From Acidimicrobiales bacterium (GTDB lineage Bacteria; Actinomycetota; Acidimicrobiia; Acidimicrobiales; VFJN01), in contig JBPPMN010000009.1 in NCBI GenBank assembly GCA_051306055.1, positions 1 through 51,819 of the forward strand: DNA of 51,819 bases, read 5' to 3'. Shown here piece after piece: positions 32,115-39,830 of the stretch (position 1 is its first letter; each line of letters starts with the position of its first letter). The translations under genes and the position numbers were made by a program. Below the pieces are notes generated by a model. It did no database searches, was not told the origin of the DNA, and worked only from the letters and a program-made list of their open reading frames with translations.

Positions 32115-32935
32115 GCCGGTGCCGGGTGGGCGAGCGCCCACGCGGTGGCGCCACCAAAGCGCCTCGTGCATGTCCAGAACACCAATTCCCGGGGCGTGCG
32201 AGGGAGGCGGCGAGGCCAGCGAGCCATCCGATCACCGAAGGACTGGAAGAGGGGACCGCCCGTGGCGTCGATGTCCCACCCACCGGCGTGGAGCAGGCGT
32301 CGGTGGCCGGCCATGTTCGGCGTCCACCACTGAGCATGGTCCTCGTGCCACAGCTGGGCGGTGGGGGTGCGGGGGCGCAGCAGCGTCATCGGCATCGAGA
32401 TGGCCTCGAAGGAGAGCAGGGTGCCTTCCGGTCTCGTGACCCCCCGCAGCGCTCGGAGGGCCCGACCGGGGTCGGCCAGATGGAGCAAGATGTTCCCGAG
32501 GAACACGAAGTCGAAGGTGCCGAGGCGGGCGGGGTCGAGGTCGTAGAGGGAGAGATCGACGCGCTCGACGTCGAGGCCGAGGGCGTCGCGCACCAGCTCG
32601 AACGCCGTCTCGGCGCGCCCGGTGCCGCGCGACTGCTTGGTCGGCTCGCTGGGGCGACGCTGCCAGTCCTGCTGGCTGGCGTCGGCCAGGTCGACGCTCA
32701 CCACCGCGGCCGCCCCTCGCCGGGCCAGCTCGAAGGCGAAGAAGCCATCGGATGAGGCCGCGTCGAGGCACCGGAGGCCGGACAGCGACTGCGGGATCGG
32801 CAGCTTGTGGACGACCTCGCGGTGATCGAAGAGCCCGGGGGTGACGATGCCGCCAGGCAGCTCGAACGTGTGGTACCAGTCGAGGTCGTCGACCCGCTGT
32901 CGCAGGTCGGCCGCCGGTGGTGTGCCTCCGGCCAT
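32111..32935 (-). CDS. Class I SAM-dependent methyltransferase, 'WYH' type, paralog 2
   Basis: DDLDWYHTFELPGGIVTPGLFDHREVVHKLPIPQSLSGLRCLDAASSDGFFAFELARRGAAAVVSVDL and FDFVFLGNILLHLADPGRAL. Its ATG shares one base with the upstream stop (TGATG). Confidence 0.75.
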   Translation of the reverse strand: MAGGTPPAADLRQRVDDLDWYHTFELPGGIVTPGLFDHREVVHKLPIPQSLSGLRCLDAASSDGFFAFELARRGAAAVVSVDLADASQQDWQRRPSEPTKQSRGTGRAETAFELVRDALGLDVERVDLSLYDLDPARLGTFDFVFLGNILLHLADPGRALRALRGVTRPEGTLLSFEAISMPMTLLRPRTPTAQLWHEDHAQWWTPNMAGHRRLLHAGGWDIDATGGPLFQSFGDRMARWPRRLPRTPRELVFWTCTRRFGGATAWALAHPAPA

Positions 32936-33750
32936 CACACGCGGGGGCGCGCCAGCACGGCGCGGTGGAGGACACCCGGCTCGGTGGAGCCGGTGAGCAT
33001 CCGCAGGCCCAGACGACGGACCTGCTGGCGGGGACCCCGCCCTGGCTTCGGGTGGTGGTTGAAGCGAACGGTGTACGGCCGCGAGGTGTCCTCGATGGCG
33101 AACCCGGCGGCGTACAGCAGTCGCTCGTGGCCGCTGGCGTTGAAGTTGAACCACTGGCACTCTCCGCCGCTGCCGTTGAGCGTGAAGAGGGGCCGGCCTC
33201 GTCCGAACGCCGTCATCCACAGCTCGATCTGCTCGGACGACAGCAGGACGCCGTCGGTGACGCTGCGGACCGCCTCCAGCGCACGGAGCGGGTCGCGAAG
33301 GTGGAGCATGAGGCTGCCGCAGACGACCACGTCGAAGGTCCCCACCTCCTCTGGCGAGAGCTCGTAGATGCTGAGCGGGCGCCAATCGACCTTCGAATCC
33401 AGCAGCTCGGCGGCCAATCGGAACCCGGCTCCCTTCGGAGGCCCTGAGAAGCCGGGATCTCGAGCCAGCCCTGCCGAGCGGTAGTCGGGAGGCCAGTCCC
33501 ACAGGAGATGGTCCTCGACGTCGACCGCCACCACCTCAGAGGCGCCGCGCCGTTCGAGCTCGAAGGCGAGGTAGCCGTCGAAGGTGCCGATGTCGAGGCA
33601 CCGCTTGCCCCGCACGTCGGGCCAGGGCATCTGGTCGACGATGGGTCGTAGGTCGAACCAGCCCTCGGTGGCCACCCCCGGAGCCACGTCGAGGGTGTGG
33701 TACCAGAACGGGTGGGCGTCGACCGCGCGCTGCATCTCGCGGGCCGTCAT
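32935..33750 (-). CDS. Class I SAM-dependent methyltransferase, 'WYH' type, paralog 3
   Basis: HPFWYHTLDVAPGVATEGWFDLRPIVDQMPWPDVRGKRCLDIGTFDGYLAFELERRGASEVVAVDV and FDVVVCGSLMLHLRDPLRAL. AGGAG lies 7 nt upstream of ATG 33750. Confidence 0.8.
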   Translation of the reverse strand: MTAREMQRAVDAHPFWYHTLDVAPGVATEGWFDLRPIVDQMPWPDVRGKRCLDIGTFDGYLAFELERRGASEVVAVDVEDHLLWDWPPDYRSAGLARDPGFSGPPKGAGFRLAAELLDSKVDWRPLSIYELSPEEVGTFDVVVCGSLMLHLRDPLRALEAVRSVTDGVLLSSEQIELWMTAFGRGRPLFTLNGSGGECQWFNFNASGHERLLYAAGFAIEDTSRPYTVRFNHHPKPGRGPRQQVRRLGLRMLTGSTEPGVLHRAVLARPRV

Positions 33751-33930
33751 GGGGAGCTCCTGGCTGTTGGCCACCGGTGGGAGTTCGGCGCCCGCCGCGC
33801 CGTTCCCTCCCCGTCGCCACCACATTCGAGCCCAACTGGCTCGCTTGGCAGGGTTCGGTGGGGCCCAGCCAGAACCAAGCCAGTCCAACGGTGGTGCACC
33901 GTTCGACCGGCGACGAGCACGGAGGAGATC

Positions 33931-34386
33931 ATGACGGAGATCGAGGGCATCCGGATCACCCCGCTGCGACGCATCCCCGACGAGCGGGGGGCCGTGCTCC
34001 ACATGCTCCGAGAGGACGATGAGGGCTTCGACCGCTTCGGCGAGATCTACTTCTCCACCGTGCACCCTGGCGCCATCAAGGCCTGGCACCTCCACACGGA
34101 GATGACCCTCAACTACGCCGTCCCCGTCGGCTCGATCAAGCTCGTCTGCCACGACGACCGGGAGGGTTCCGCCACCCGCGGCAGCACCGTCGAGCTGCAC
34201 ATCGGCGACCTCAACTATGCCCGGGTGACCATCCCGCCGCTGGTGTGGAACGGCTTCAAGGGCACCGGCACGACCACCGCCCTCGTGGCCAACTGCGCCA
34301 CGGTCGCCCATCGCCCGGACGAGATCGTCCGGGCCGACCCGTTCGACCACGTGAGCGGCTACGACTGGTCGATCCGGCATGGGTGA
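33931..34386 (+). CDS. RmlC-like cupin sugar-nucleotide epimerase/isomerase
   Basis: IPDERGAVLHML ... EIYFSTVHPGAIKAWHLHTEMTLNYAVPVGSIKLVCHDDR fits the pattern of the dTDP-4-dehydrorhamnose 3,5-epimerase-related family. GGAGGAG lies 4 nt upstream of the ATG. Confidence 0.7.
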   Translation: MTEIEGIRITPLRRIPDERGAVLHMLREDDEGFDRFGEIYFSTVHPGAIKAWHLHTEMTLNYAVPVGSIKLVCHDDREGSATRGSTVELHIGDLNYARVTIPPLVWNGFKGTGTTTALVANCATVAHRPDEIVRADPFDHVSGYDWSIRHG

Positions 34387-35227
34387 CCAAGGCCGTCCGC
34401 AGGTCGGCGGAGCGAACGCCATCCTGAACCTCGGTCCCGAGCCCGGCGCGTTCAGGCCCTGGGCCCGAGCGGTCCTCGACCATCGCCAGGTGCTGATGGT
34501 CCTGGCGGCCAAGGACTTCAAGGTGCGTTACAAGCGGGCCACCTTCGGCGTCCTGTGGGCCGTCGCCCTGCCCCTGCTCCAGTCAGCGGTGATGATCGTG
34601 GTCTTCAGCCGTGTCGGGCGCTTCAGCGCCGAGGGCTTCGACTACGCCGGCTACGTGCTCGCCGGCATGGTGGGGTGGGGCTACGTGGCCAGCACGGTCC
34701 CGAGCGCCGCCACGGCGATCGTCGACGCGGCCTCGCTCACCGACAAGGTGTGGTTCCCACGTGCACTGCTCGTCCTCTCACCCGTCCTCGCCAACCTGAT
34801 CGGCCTCGGCATCACGGCCTCCCTCGTCGCCGGAATCGCGCTCTTCCGAGAGGGCCTCGACCTCGGGGTCCTGCTCCTCCTCCCGGCTGCGGCCCTCCTC
34901 GTCGCGCTGATCTCGGGCCTTTGCCTGGTGGCCGCCGCCCTGCACGTGGTGTTCCGCGACATCCGCTTCATCGTCCAGGCCGGGCTCCTGGTGCTCTTCT
35001 ACGCCACCCCGGTGCTCTACCCCATCCGCCTCCTCGAAGACCTCGAGACAGCGGCCAGCGTCGTCAACCCGTTGGTCGGGGTCGTCGGCCTCTTCCAGGC
35101 CGCCCTCACGGATGCTCCCGTACGAGCGACCGCCCTCATGGCCAGCACCGTTTGGGCCGCCGCCCTGCTTCTTGTGGCCGTGCGCCTGCACCACCGCCGC
35201 GACCGCCTCTTCGTGGACCTGCTGTGA
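34379..35227 (+). CDS. ABC-2 type polysaccharide/teichoic-acid export permease (Wzm/TagG-like)
   Basis: LAAKDFKVRYKRATFGVLWAVALPLLQSAVMIVVFS plus six hydrophobic segments. It overlaps the upstream gene by 8 nt. Confidence 0.85.
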   Translation: MGDQGRPQVGGANAILNLGPEPGAFRPWARAVLDHRQVLMVLAAKDFKVRYKRATFGVLWAVALPLLQSAVMIVVFSRVGRFSAEGFDYAGYVLAGMVGWGYVASTVPSAATAIVDAASLTDKVWFPRALLVLSPVLANLIGLGITASLVAGIALFREGLDLGVLLLLPAAALLVALISGLCLVAAALHVVFRDIRFIVQAGLLVLFYATPVLYPIRLLEDLETAASVVNPLVGVVGLFQAALTDAPVRATALMASTVWAAALLLVAVRLHHRRDRLFVDLL

Positions 35228-36444
35228 GCAGTCCGCCCGCCGTCGAGCTGGTCGATGTCGACAAGGCGTACCTCCGCCAGACCGAGCAGCGCAGCATCTT
35301 GTCGACCCTCGTCCCTGGCCGCACGAAGGGGGTGGAGCATCTCGCTGTGCGCGACCTCGACCTGCGGCTCGAGCAGGGTGAGACGGTCGGCGTGCTGGGC
35401 CACAACGGGGCTGGCAAGACGACGCTCCTCCGGCTCCTTGCCGGGGTCACCCAGCCCTCGCGCGGACGGGTGAGGGTCGCCGGCCGGATCGCACCGCTCC
35501 TCAGCGTGGGCGTGGGGTTCCACCAGGAGATGACCGGGCGGGAGAACGTGCTGCTCAACGGCATGCTGCTGGGCCGGAGCAGAGCGGAGGTGCTGCGTGA
35601 CCTGGAGGCCATCGTGCAGTTCTCCGGGCTGCACGACGTCCTGGACACTCCGGTGAAGTTCTATTCGAGCGGGATGCTCATGCGACTGGGCTTCTCGGTG
35701 GCCATGTTCTCCCGCCCGAACGTCCTGCTCGTCGACGAGGTCCTGGCCGTCGGCGACGCGGCGTTCCAGCTGAAGTGCATCGAACGGATGCAGCAGCTGC
35801 AGGCCGAGGGAACCACCCTGATCCTCGTGAGCCACTCCGTGCACGTGGCGCGCCTGATGTGCCCGCGGGCCATCGTCATGCACCACGGCAGGAAGGTGTT
35901 CGACGGGCCATCGGAGGAGGCGGTGGCGGTGCACAACCGGCTCCTCACCACCCCCCTCCTCGAGAGCGATGCCGAGGAGTCCAGGCAGCTCGAGGTGCTC
36001 GGTCGCAGCTTGCTCGACGAGCGAGGCCAGGAGCCCACAGAGCTGGAGCTCGGAGGGCGCTACACGCTCCGGTATCGGCTCCGGTTCCGGGAAGAGGTCG
36101 AGAGCCCCCACGTGAAGATCAGCGCCACCAGCACCGAGGGCGTGCTCACCTACCTGCTCATCTCTACCCTCAACACCCCGTATCGTCACTTCGCCGCCGG
36201 CGAGGAGGTCGACCTCGAGGTCGCCTTCGTCGCGAACATGGGCGGGGGCACCTATCGGCTGGCGGTAGAGATCCACACGATGGATGAGTCGAAGCCACTA
36301 TGGATGGATGGGGACGGCACGCTCGTCTACCGCCCTCCCGCGCTCGGCACCTACGGCGTCGCCGACCTCGATGCCTCGATCTCGCTCGGCGGTCACGAGA
36401 TCCACCGTCACCCCTCCTTGATGCTCGGCGACGCGGAGAGCTGA
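35224..36444 (+). CDS. ABC exporter ATP-binding protein (Wzt/TagH-like) with a C-terminal Wzt_C-like extension
   Basis: Walker A GHNGAGKTTLL, signature YSSGMLMRLGF, Walker B VLLVDEVLAVGD and the H-loop LVSHS. A further ~165 aa follow the ATPase core (…GGRYTLRYRLRF…VDLEVAFVANMGGGTYRLAVEIH…), with the beta-rich pattern of Wzt carbohydrate-binding domains. The start is GTG 35224, with a GTGA overlap. Confidence 0.9.
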   Translation: MSSPPAVELVDVDKAYLRQTEQRSILSTLVPGRTKGVEHLAVRDLDLRLEQGETVGVLGHNGAGKTTLLRLLAGVTQPSRGRVRVAGRIAPLLSVGVGFHQEMTGRENVLLNGMLLGRSRAEVLRDLEAIVQFSGLHDVLDTPVKFYSSGMLMRLGFSVAMFSRPNVLLVDEVLAVGDAAFQLKCIERMQQLQAEGTTLILVSHSVHVARLMCPRAIVMHHGRKVFDGPSEEAVAVHNRLLTTPLLESDAEESRQLEVLGRSLLDERGQEPTELELGGRYTLRYRLRFREEVESPHVKISATSTEGVLTYLLISTLNTPYRHFAAGEEVDLEVAFVANMGGGTYRLAVEIHTMDESKPLWMDGDGTLVYRPPALGTYGVADLDASISLGGHEIHRHPSLMLGDAES

Positions 36445-36496
36445 TCGGGGACGGTCCCCCCGGCGCATCCGTCGTGCGCTGCAATACTCGGCCTTC

Positions 36497-37177
36497 ATGT
36501 TTGGCCTCGAAGGCAGCGTCCGGAGCGTCATCGATCGCCTCCGGCGCCGCCGCGCTGGCGTCGGACCCGTGCACTATCGCCACGGCATCCCGAACCGCGC
36601 CGACCAGCTGCTGGCAGCTCATCCGCACGCGCAGGGCTGGATCGATTCCGGTGTCCTCTCGATGGGTGACTACTCCTACGCCACGCCGTTGGTGCAGGTG
36701 TTCCCCGGCGACAAGGCGAGGGCGAGGGTCGGGCGGTTCACGTCGATGGGACCGGGCGTGCAGCTCTTCGTCGGTGGCGCCCACCCGACCGACTGGGTCA
36801 CGACCTATCCGTTGCGCGCCGGCTTCTACCTTCCGGGGGCCTTCGAGGACGGCAACCCGACCTCGAACGGCGACGTCGAGATCGGGAGCGACTGCTGGCT
36901 GGCCAGTGAGGCGATGGTGCTCTCGGGGGTGACGATCGGCGATGGGGCCGTGGTCGGTGCACGGGCCGTCGTGACCTCCGATGTGCGGCCCTACGCCATC
37001 GTGGCTGGGAACCCCGCTCGAGAGGTTCGCCGCCGCTTCAGCGACGAGCAGGTCGACGCTTTGCTCCGCATCGCCTGGTGGAACTGGCCCATCGACCAGG
37101 TCCTCGAGCACGTGGCGCTCCTGAGCAACCCTGACATCGACGGCTTCATCGAGCGGTTCGACCGGGGCGCCCTCTAG
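36497..37177 (+). CDS. Hexapeptide-repeat (LbH) acetyltransferase, Vat/CatB-like
   Basis: VGGAHPTDWVTTYP, IGSDCWLASEAMVLSGVTIGDGAVVGARAVVTSDVRPYAIVAGNPAREVRRRF and WWNWP. AATACT lies 8 nt upstream of the ATG. Confidence 0.8.
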   Translation: MFGLEGSVRSVIDRLRRRRAGVGPVHYRHGIPNRADQLLAAHPHAQGWIDSGVLSMGDYSYATPLVQVFPGDKARARVGRFTSMGPGVQLFVGGAHPTDWVTTYPLRAGFYLPGAFEDGNPTSNGDVEIGSDCWLASEAMVLSGVTIGDGAVVGARAVVTSDVRPYAIVAGNPAREVRRRFSDEQVDALLRIAWWNWPIDQVLEHVALLSNPDIDGFIERFDRGAL

Positions 37178-38151
37178 CCCGGCGGCGTGCGCGGAGGAGC
37201 GGGTGGCCCGAGCAGCAGGGCGCGAGCGTGGATCCCGAGCTCACGTCGGCGCTGTCGCACCACCCGGCGGGCGCTCGGCGACCCGGCGACCGCCTTGGGC
37301 GCGCTGCGCAGCACCGACAGCAGGGCCCCGATGCAGCAGCCGGCGGCCACCCGCCGCGCGGCGCCCGGCGACCGGCGCTGGGCGATCACGTCGTAGGTGG
37401 CCGCCCAGTAGCGCAGGGAGCGGACGTCACCCCACGCCTGCGCGCCGGCCACGTTGCCGACGTGCTCGATCGTGACCTCGGGGATCAGCACGGTGGGCGC
37501 GCCGCGCTGGTCGAGCCGCCAGCACAGGTCGAGGTCTTCGGCGTACATGAACGAGCGCTCGCTGTAGGGCACTTCGCCCTGGAGCGCGGCGGCCCGGATC
37601 AGGTGCACCGCGCCGATGGCCCAGTCGACCCGACCGCCCGCGTGCGGCCCTGAGCCCTCGAGGAGGAGGTGGCGGCCCAGGCGGCTGCGGCGAAGGCGCG
37701 GCGTGGACAGCGTGGCCACGATCGGCACGAAGGCGCCGGGGAACCGCAGGGCCGACGGCTGCGGTCGCCCGCTCACGCCGACCAGCCTCGGCACCAGCAC
37801 GCCGGCCGCCGGGTGGCGCTCCGCAGAGCCAACGAGCTGCGCCAGCGTGCCCGGACCCGGCACGGTGTCGGGGTTCAGAGCCAGCAGGAGCGGGGCGGCC
37901 GACCCGGCCAGCGCCTGGTTCATCGCCACGGCGTAGCCCAGGTTGCGATCGTTGGCCACGACGGACACGCCGTGGCGCCGCGCCACGGCGACGCTCTCGT
38001 CGCTCGACGCGTTGTCGACCACCACCACCTCGGCGGCGACCTCTCCCAGCGCCGCCGGGAGGGCGGCCAGGCAGGCTTCGAGGTGGTCAGCGGTGTTCCA
38101 GGAGACGATCCCGACGCGCACGCACGGGGAGCGCTCGGCGCGATCGATCAC
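37174..38151 (-). CDS. GT2-family glycosyltransferase (rhamnosyltransferase-like)
   Basis: VGIVSWNTADHLEACLAAL, VVVVDNASSDES, NLGYAVAMNQAL and YAEDLDLCWR. Its stop overlaps the stop of the convergent acetyltransferase gene (37174-37177). Confidence 0.85.
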   Translation of the reverse strand: MIDRAERSPCVRVGIVSWNTADHLEACLAALPAALGEVAAEVVVVDNASSDESVAVARRHGVSVVANDRNLGYAVAMNQALAGSAAPLLLALNPDTVPGPGTLAQLVGSAERHPAAGVLVPRLVGVSGRPQPSALRFPGAFVPIVATLSTPRLRRSRLGRHLLLEGSGPHAGGRVDWAIGAVHLIRAAALQGEVPYSERSFMYAEDLDLCWRLDQRGAPTVLIPEVTIEHVGNVAGAQAWGDVRSLRYWAATYDVIAQRRSPGAARRVAAGCCIGALLSVLRSAPKAVAGSPSARRVVRQRRRELGIHARALLLGPPAPPRTPPG

Positions 38152-38180
38152 GGTGCGACGCTACGACAGGACCGCTGCGG

Positions 38181-38897
38181 TCAGGCCGGGGCGCCCGGCT
38201 CGTCGAGCCAGGGACCCGGGCCCTCGGCGCACAGGACACCGAGCTCGACGGCGTCCTTGTAGGTGTCCATCGACTTCCAGAAGCCCTGGTGCCGGAAGGC
38301 GAACAGCTCGTCGGCCGAGCCGAGGGCCGGGAGGACGTCGCGCTCGAGATCTTCACCCGGGTCAGGCCAGAGGTCGAAGGCACGCTGATCGAGCACGAAG
38401 AAGCCGGCGTTGATGAGGTGGTCGGGCAGGCGTGGCTTCTCCTTGAAGCCGTGGACGCGCCCGTCGTCGTCGAGGTCGAGGGTGCCGTACTGCGAGGGCA
38501 GCGGCACGGTGGTGAGGGTGGCCGCCCCCGGGTGGCCCCGGTGGAAGGCCTCCAGGGCCGAGAGGTCGACGTTGCCGAGGCCGTCGGCGTAGGTGAGGAA
38601 GAAGGTGTCGTCGAGCCGGTCTGCGCAGCGACGCACGCGACCGCCCGTGTTGGTGTCCTCGCCGGTGTCGACCACCTCGACGCTCCACGACCGGTCGAGC
38701 TCGGCGGCAAAGGCCTCGATCACCTCGATCTTGTAGCCCGCGGCCAGGACGAAATCGGTGAAGCCCTGGCCGGCGTAGATCTCCATGAGGTGCTCGAGCA
38801 CGGGGCGCTTGCCCACCTCGAGGAGTGGCTTCGGCACCTCGACGGTGAGCGGGTAGGCACGAGTGCCCTTCCCCCCGCACAGGATCAGCGTCCGCAT
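38181..38897 (-). CDS. rfbF: Glucose-1-phosphate cytidylyltransferase
   Basis: MRTLILCGGKGTRAYPLTVEVPKPLLEVGKRPVLEHLM, VVDTGEDTNTGGR, FLTYADGLGNVDL, NAGFFVL, GFWKSMDTYKD and PW. It is collinear with Salmonella RfbF motifs. Confidence 0.9.
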   Translation of the reverse strand: MRTLILCGGKGTRAYPLTVEVPKPLLEVGKRPVLEHLMEIYAGQGFTDFVLAAGYKIEVIEAFAAELDRSWSVEVVDTGEDTNTGGRVRRCADRLDDTFFLTYADGLGNVDLSALEAFHRGHPGAATLTTVPLPSQYGTLDLDDDGRVHGFKEKPRLPDHLINAGFFVLDQRAFDLWPDPGEDLERDVLPALGSADELFAFRHQGFWKSMDTYKDAVELGVLCAEGPGPWLDEPGAPA

Positions 38898-38905
38898 GAG
38901 CGGCG

Positions 38906-38911
38906 ATGGTA
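38906..38911 (-). promoter_or_regulatory. Putative -10 element (TACCAT on the minus strand) 8 nt before the rfbF ATG
   Basis: The minus strand reads GGCTACCAT CGCCGCTC ATG, with no Shine-Dalgarno in between. Confidence 0.3.
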
Positions 38912-39089
38912 GCCACCCGGCGAACGCCAGGTGACAGTTGCCGCATTCTTCGCATAAGGTGCGCCGCTGTTCATCCCTTCGGGGCGGGCACCGGACACGA
39001 CACAGCAGCACGCAGCACCCCACATCGCAGCAGGAACCCGCCCACCGGGCAGCGAACCACCACACGCAGGCGATGCGGGGGACCACCAC

Positions 39090-39809
39090 GTGAGCACCAG
39101 CTCCATCGATTCCATCAGGTCAGCACGGCGGCGACTCGACGCCCCCCGGATGGTCGACATCGTGGTGAGCGCCACGCTGATCGTCCTCACCCTCCCGCTG
39201 ATGGTGCTCGCGCTGGCGGGGAGCGCGGTGAGCCTCCGGGCCTGGCCCTTCTTCACCCAGGAGCGGGTCGGCCGCGACGGTGCGTCGTTCCGATTCCTCA
39301 AGGTCCGAACGCTGCCGGTGTCCACGCCCCGCTACACCGACAAGCACCAGCTGACCGCCACCGCCATCCCCCCGTTCTGCGCGCTGCTGCGCCGCCTCCA
39401 CCTCGACGAGCTGCCCCAGCTCTTCCTCGTGCTGCGAGGGCAGATGGCCATGGTCGGACCGCGACCGGAGATGGCCTGCCTCCACGACGAGATGCCGGCG
39501 TCGTTCGCCGACGCCCGCACATCGGTGCGGCCCGGCGCCACCGGGCTGTGGCAGGTGAGCGAGGCCTCGGCCGACCTCATCCACGCCTCCCCCGAGTACG
39601 ACCTCTTCTACCTCACCCACCGGTCGTTGCGCCTCGACCTCTGGGTGCTGGGGCGCACCGTGACCAAGATGCTCGGCATCGGCGGGCTGGTCACGCTGGC
39701 CGCCGTGCCGGCCTGGGCGGCGGGAGCGCGGGGCGCCGAGGACTGGATCGACCTGAGCAACGACGCCGACACCACGGCGCCGGCGTTCAGCGCCGCGGCC
39801 GGCCGCTGA
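39090..39809 (+). CDS. Priming phosphoglycosyl transferase (small 'bacterial sugar transferase' type, WbaP/EpsL C-terminal-domain-like)
   Basis: DIVVSATLIVLTLPLMVLALAGSAV is a re-entrant helix. QERVGRDGASFRFLKVRTL, LDELPQLFLVLRGQMAMVGPRP and PGATGLWQVS follow. The start is GTG, with GGGGGA upstream. Confidence 0.85.
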   Translation: MSTSSIDSIRSARRRLDAPRMVDIVVSATLIVLTLPLMVLALAGSAVSLRAWPFFTQERVGRDGASFRFLKVRTLPVSTPRYTDKHQLTATAIPPFCALLRRLHLDELPQLFLVLRGQMAMVGPRPEMACLHDEMPASFADARTSVRPGATGLWQVSEASADLIHASPEYDLFYLTHRSLRLDLWVLGRTVTKMLGIGGLVTLAAVPAWAAGARGAEDWIDLSNDADTTAPAFSAAAGR

Positions 39810-39830
39810 GCGCAGCCGCCAGCGAGCGGC

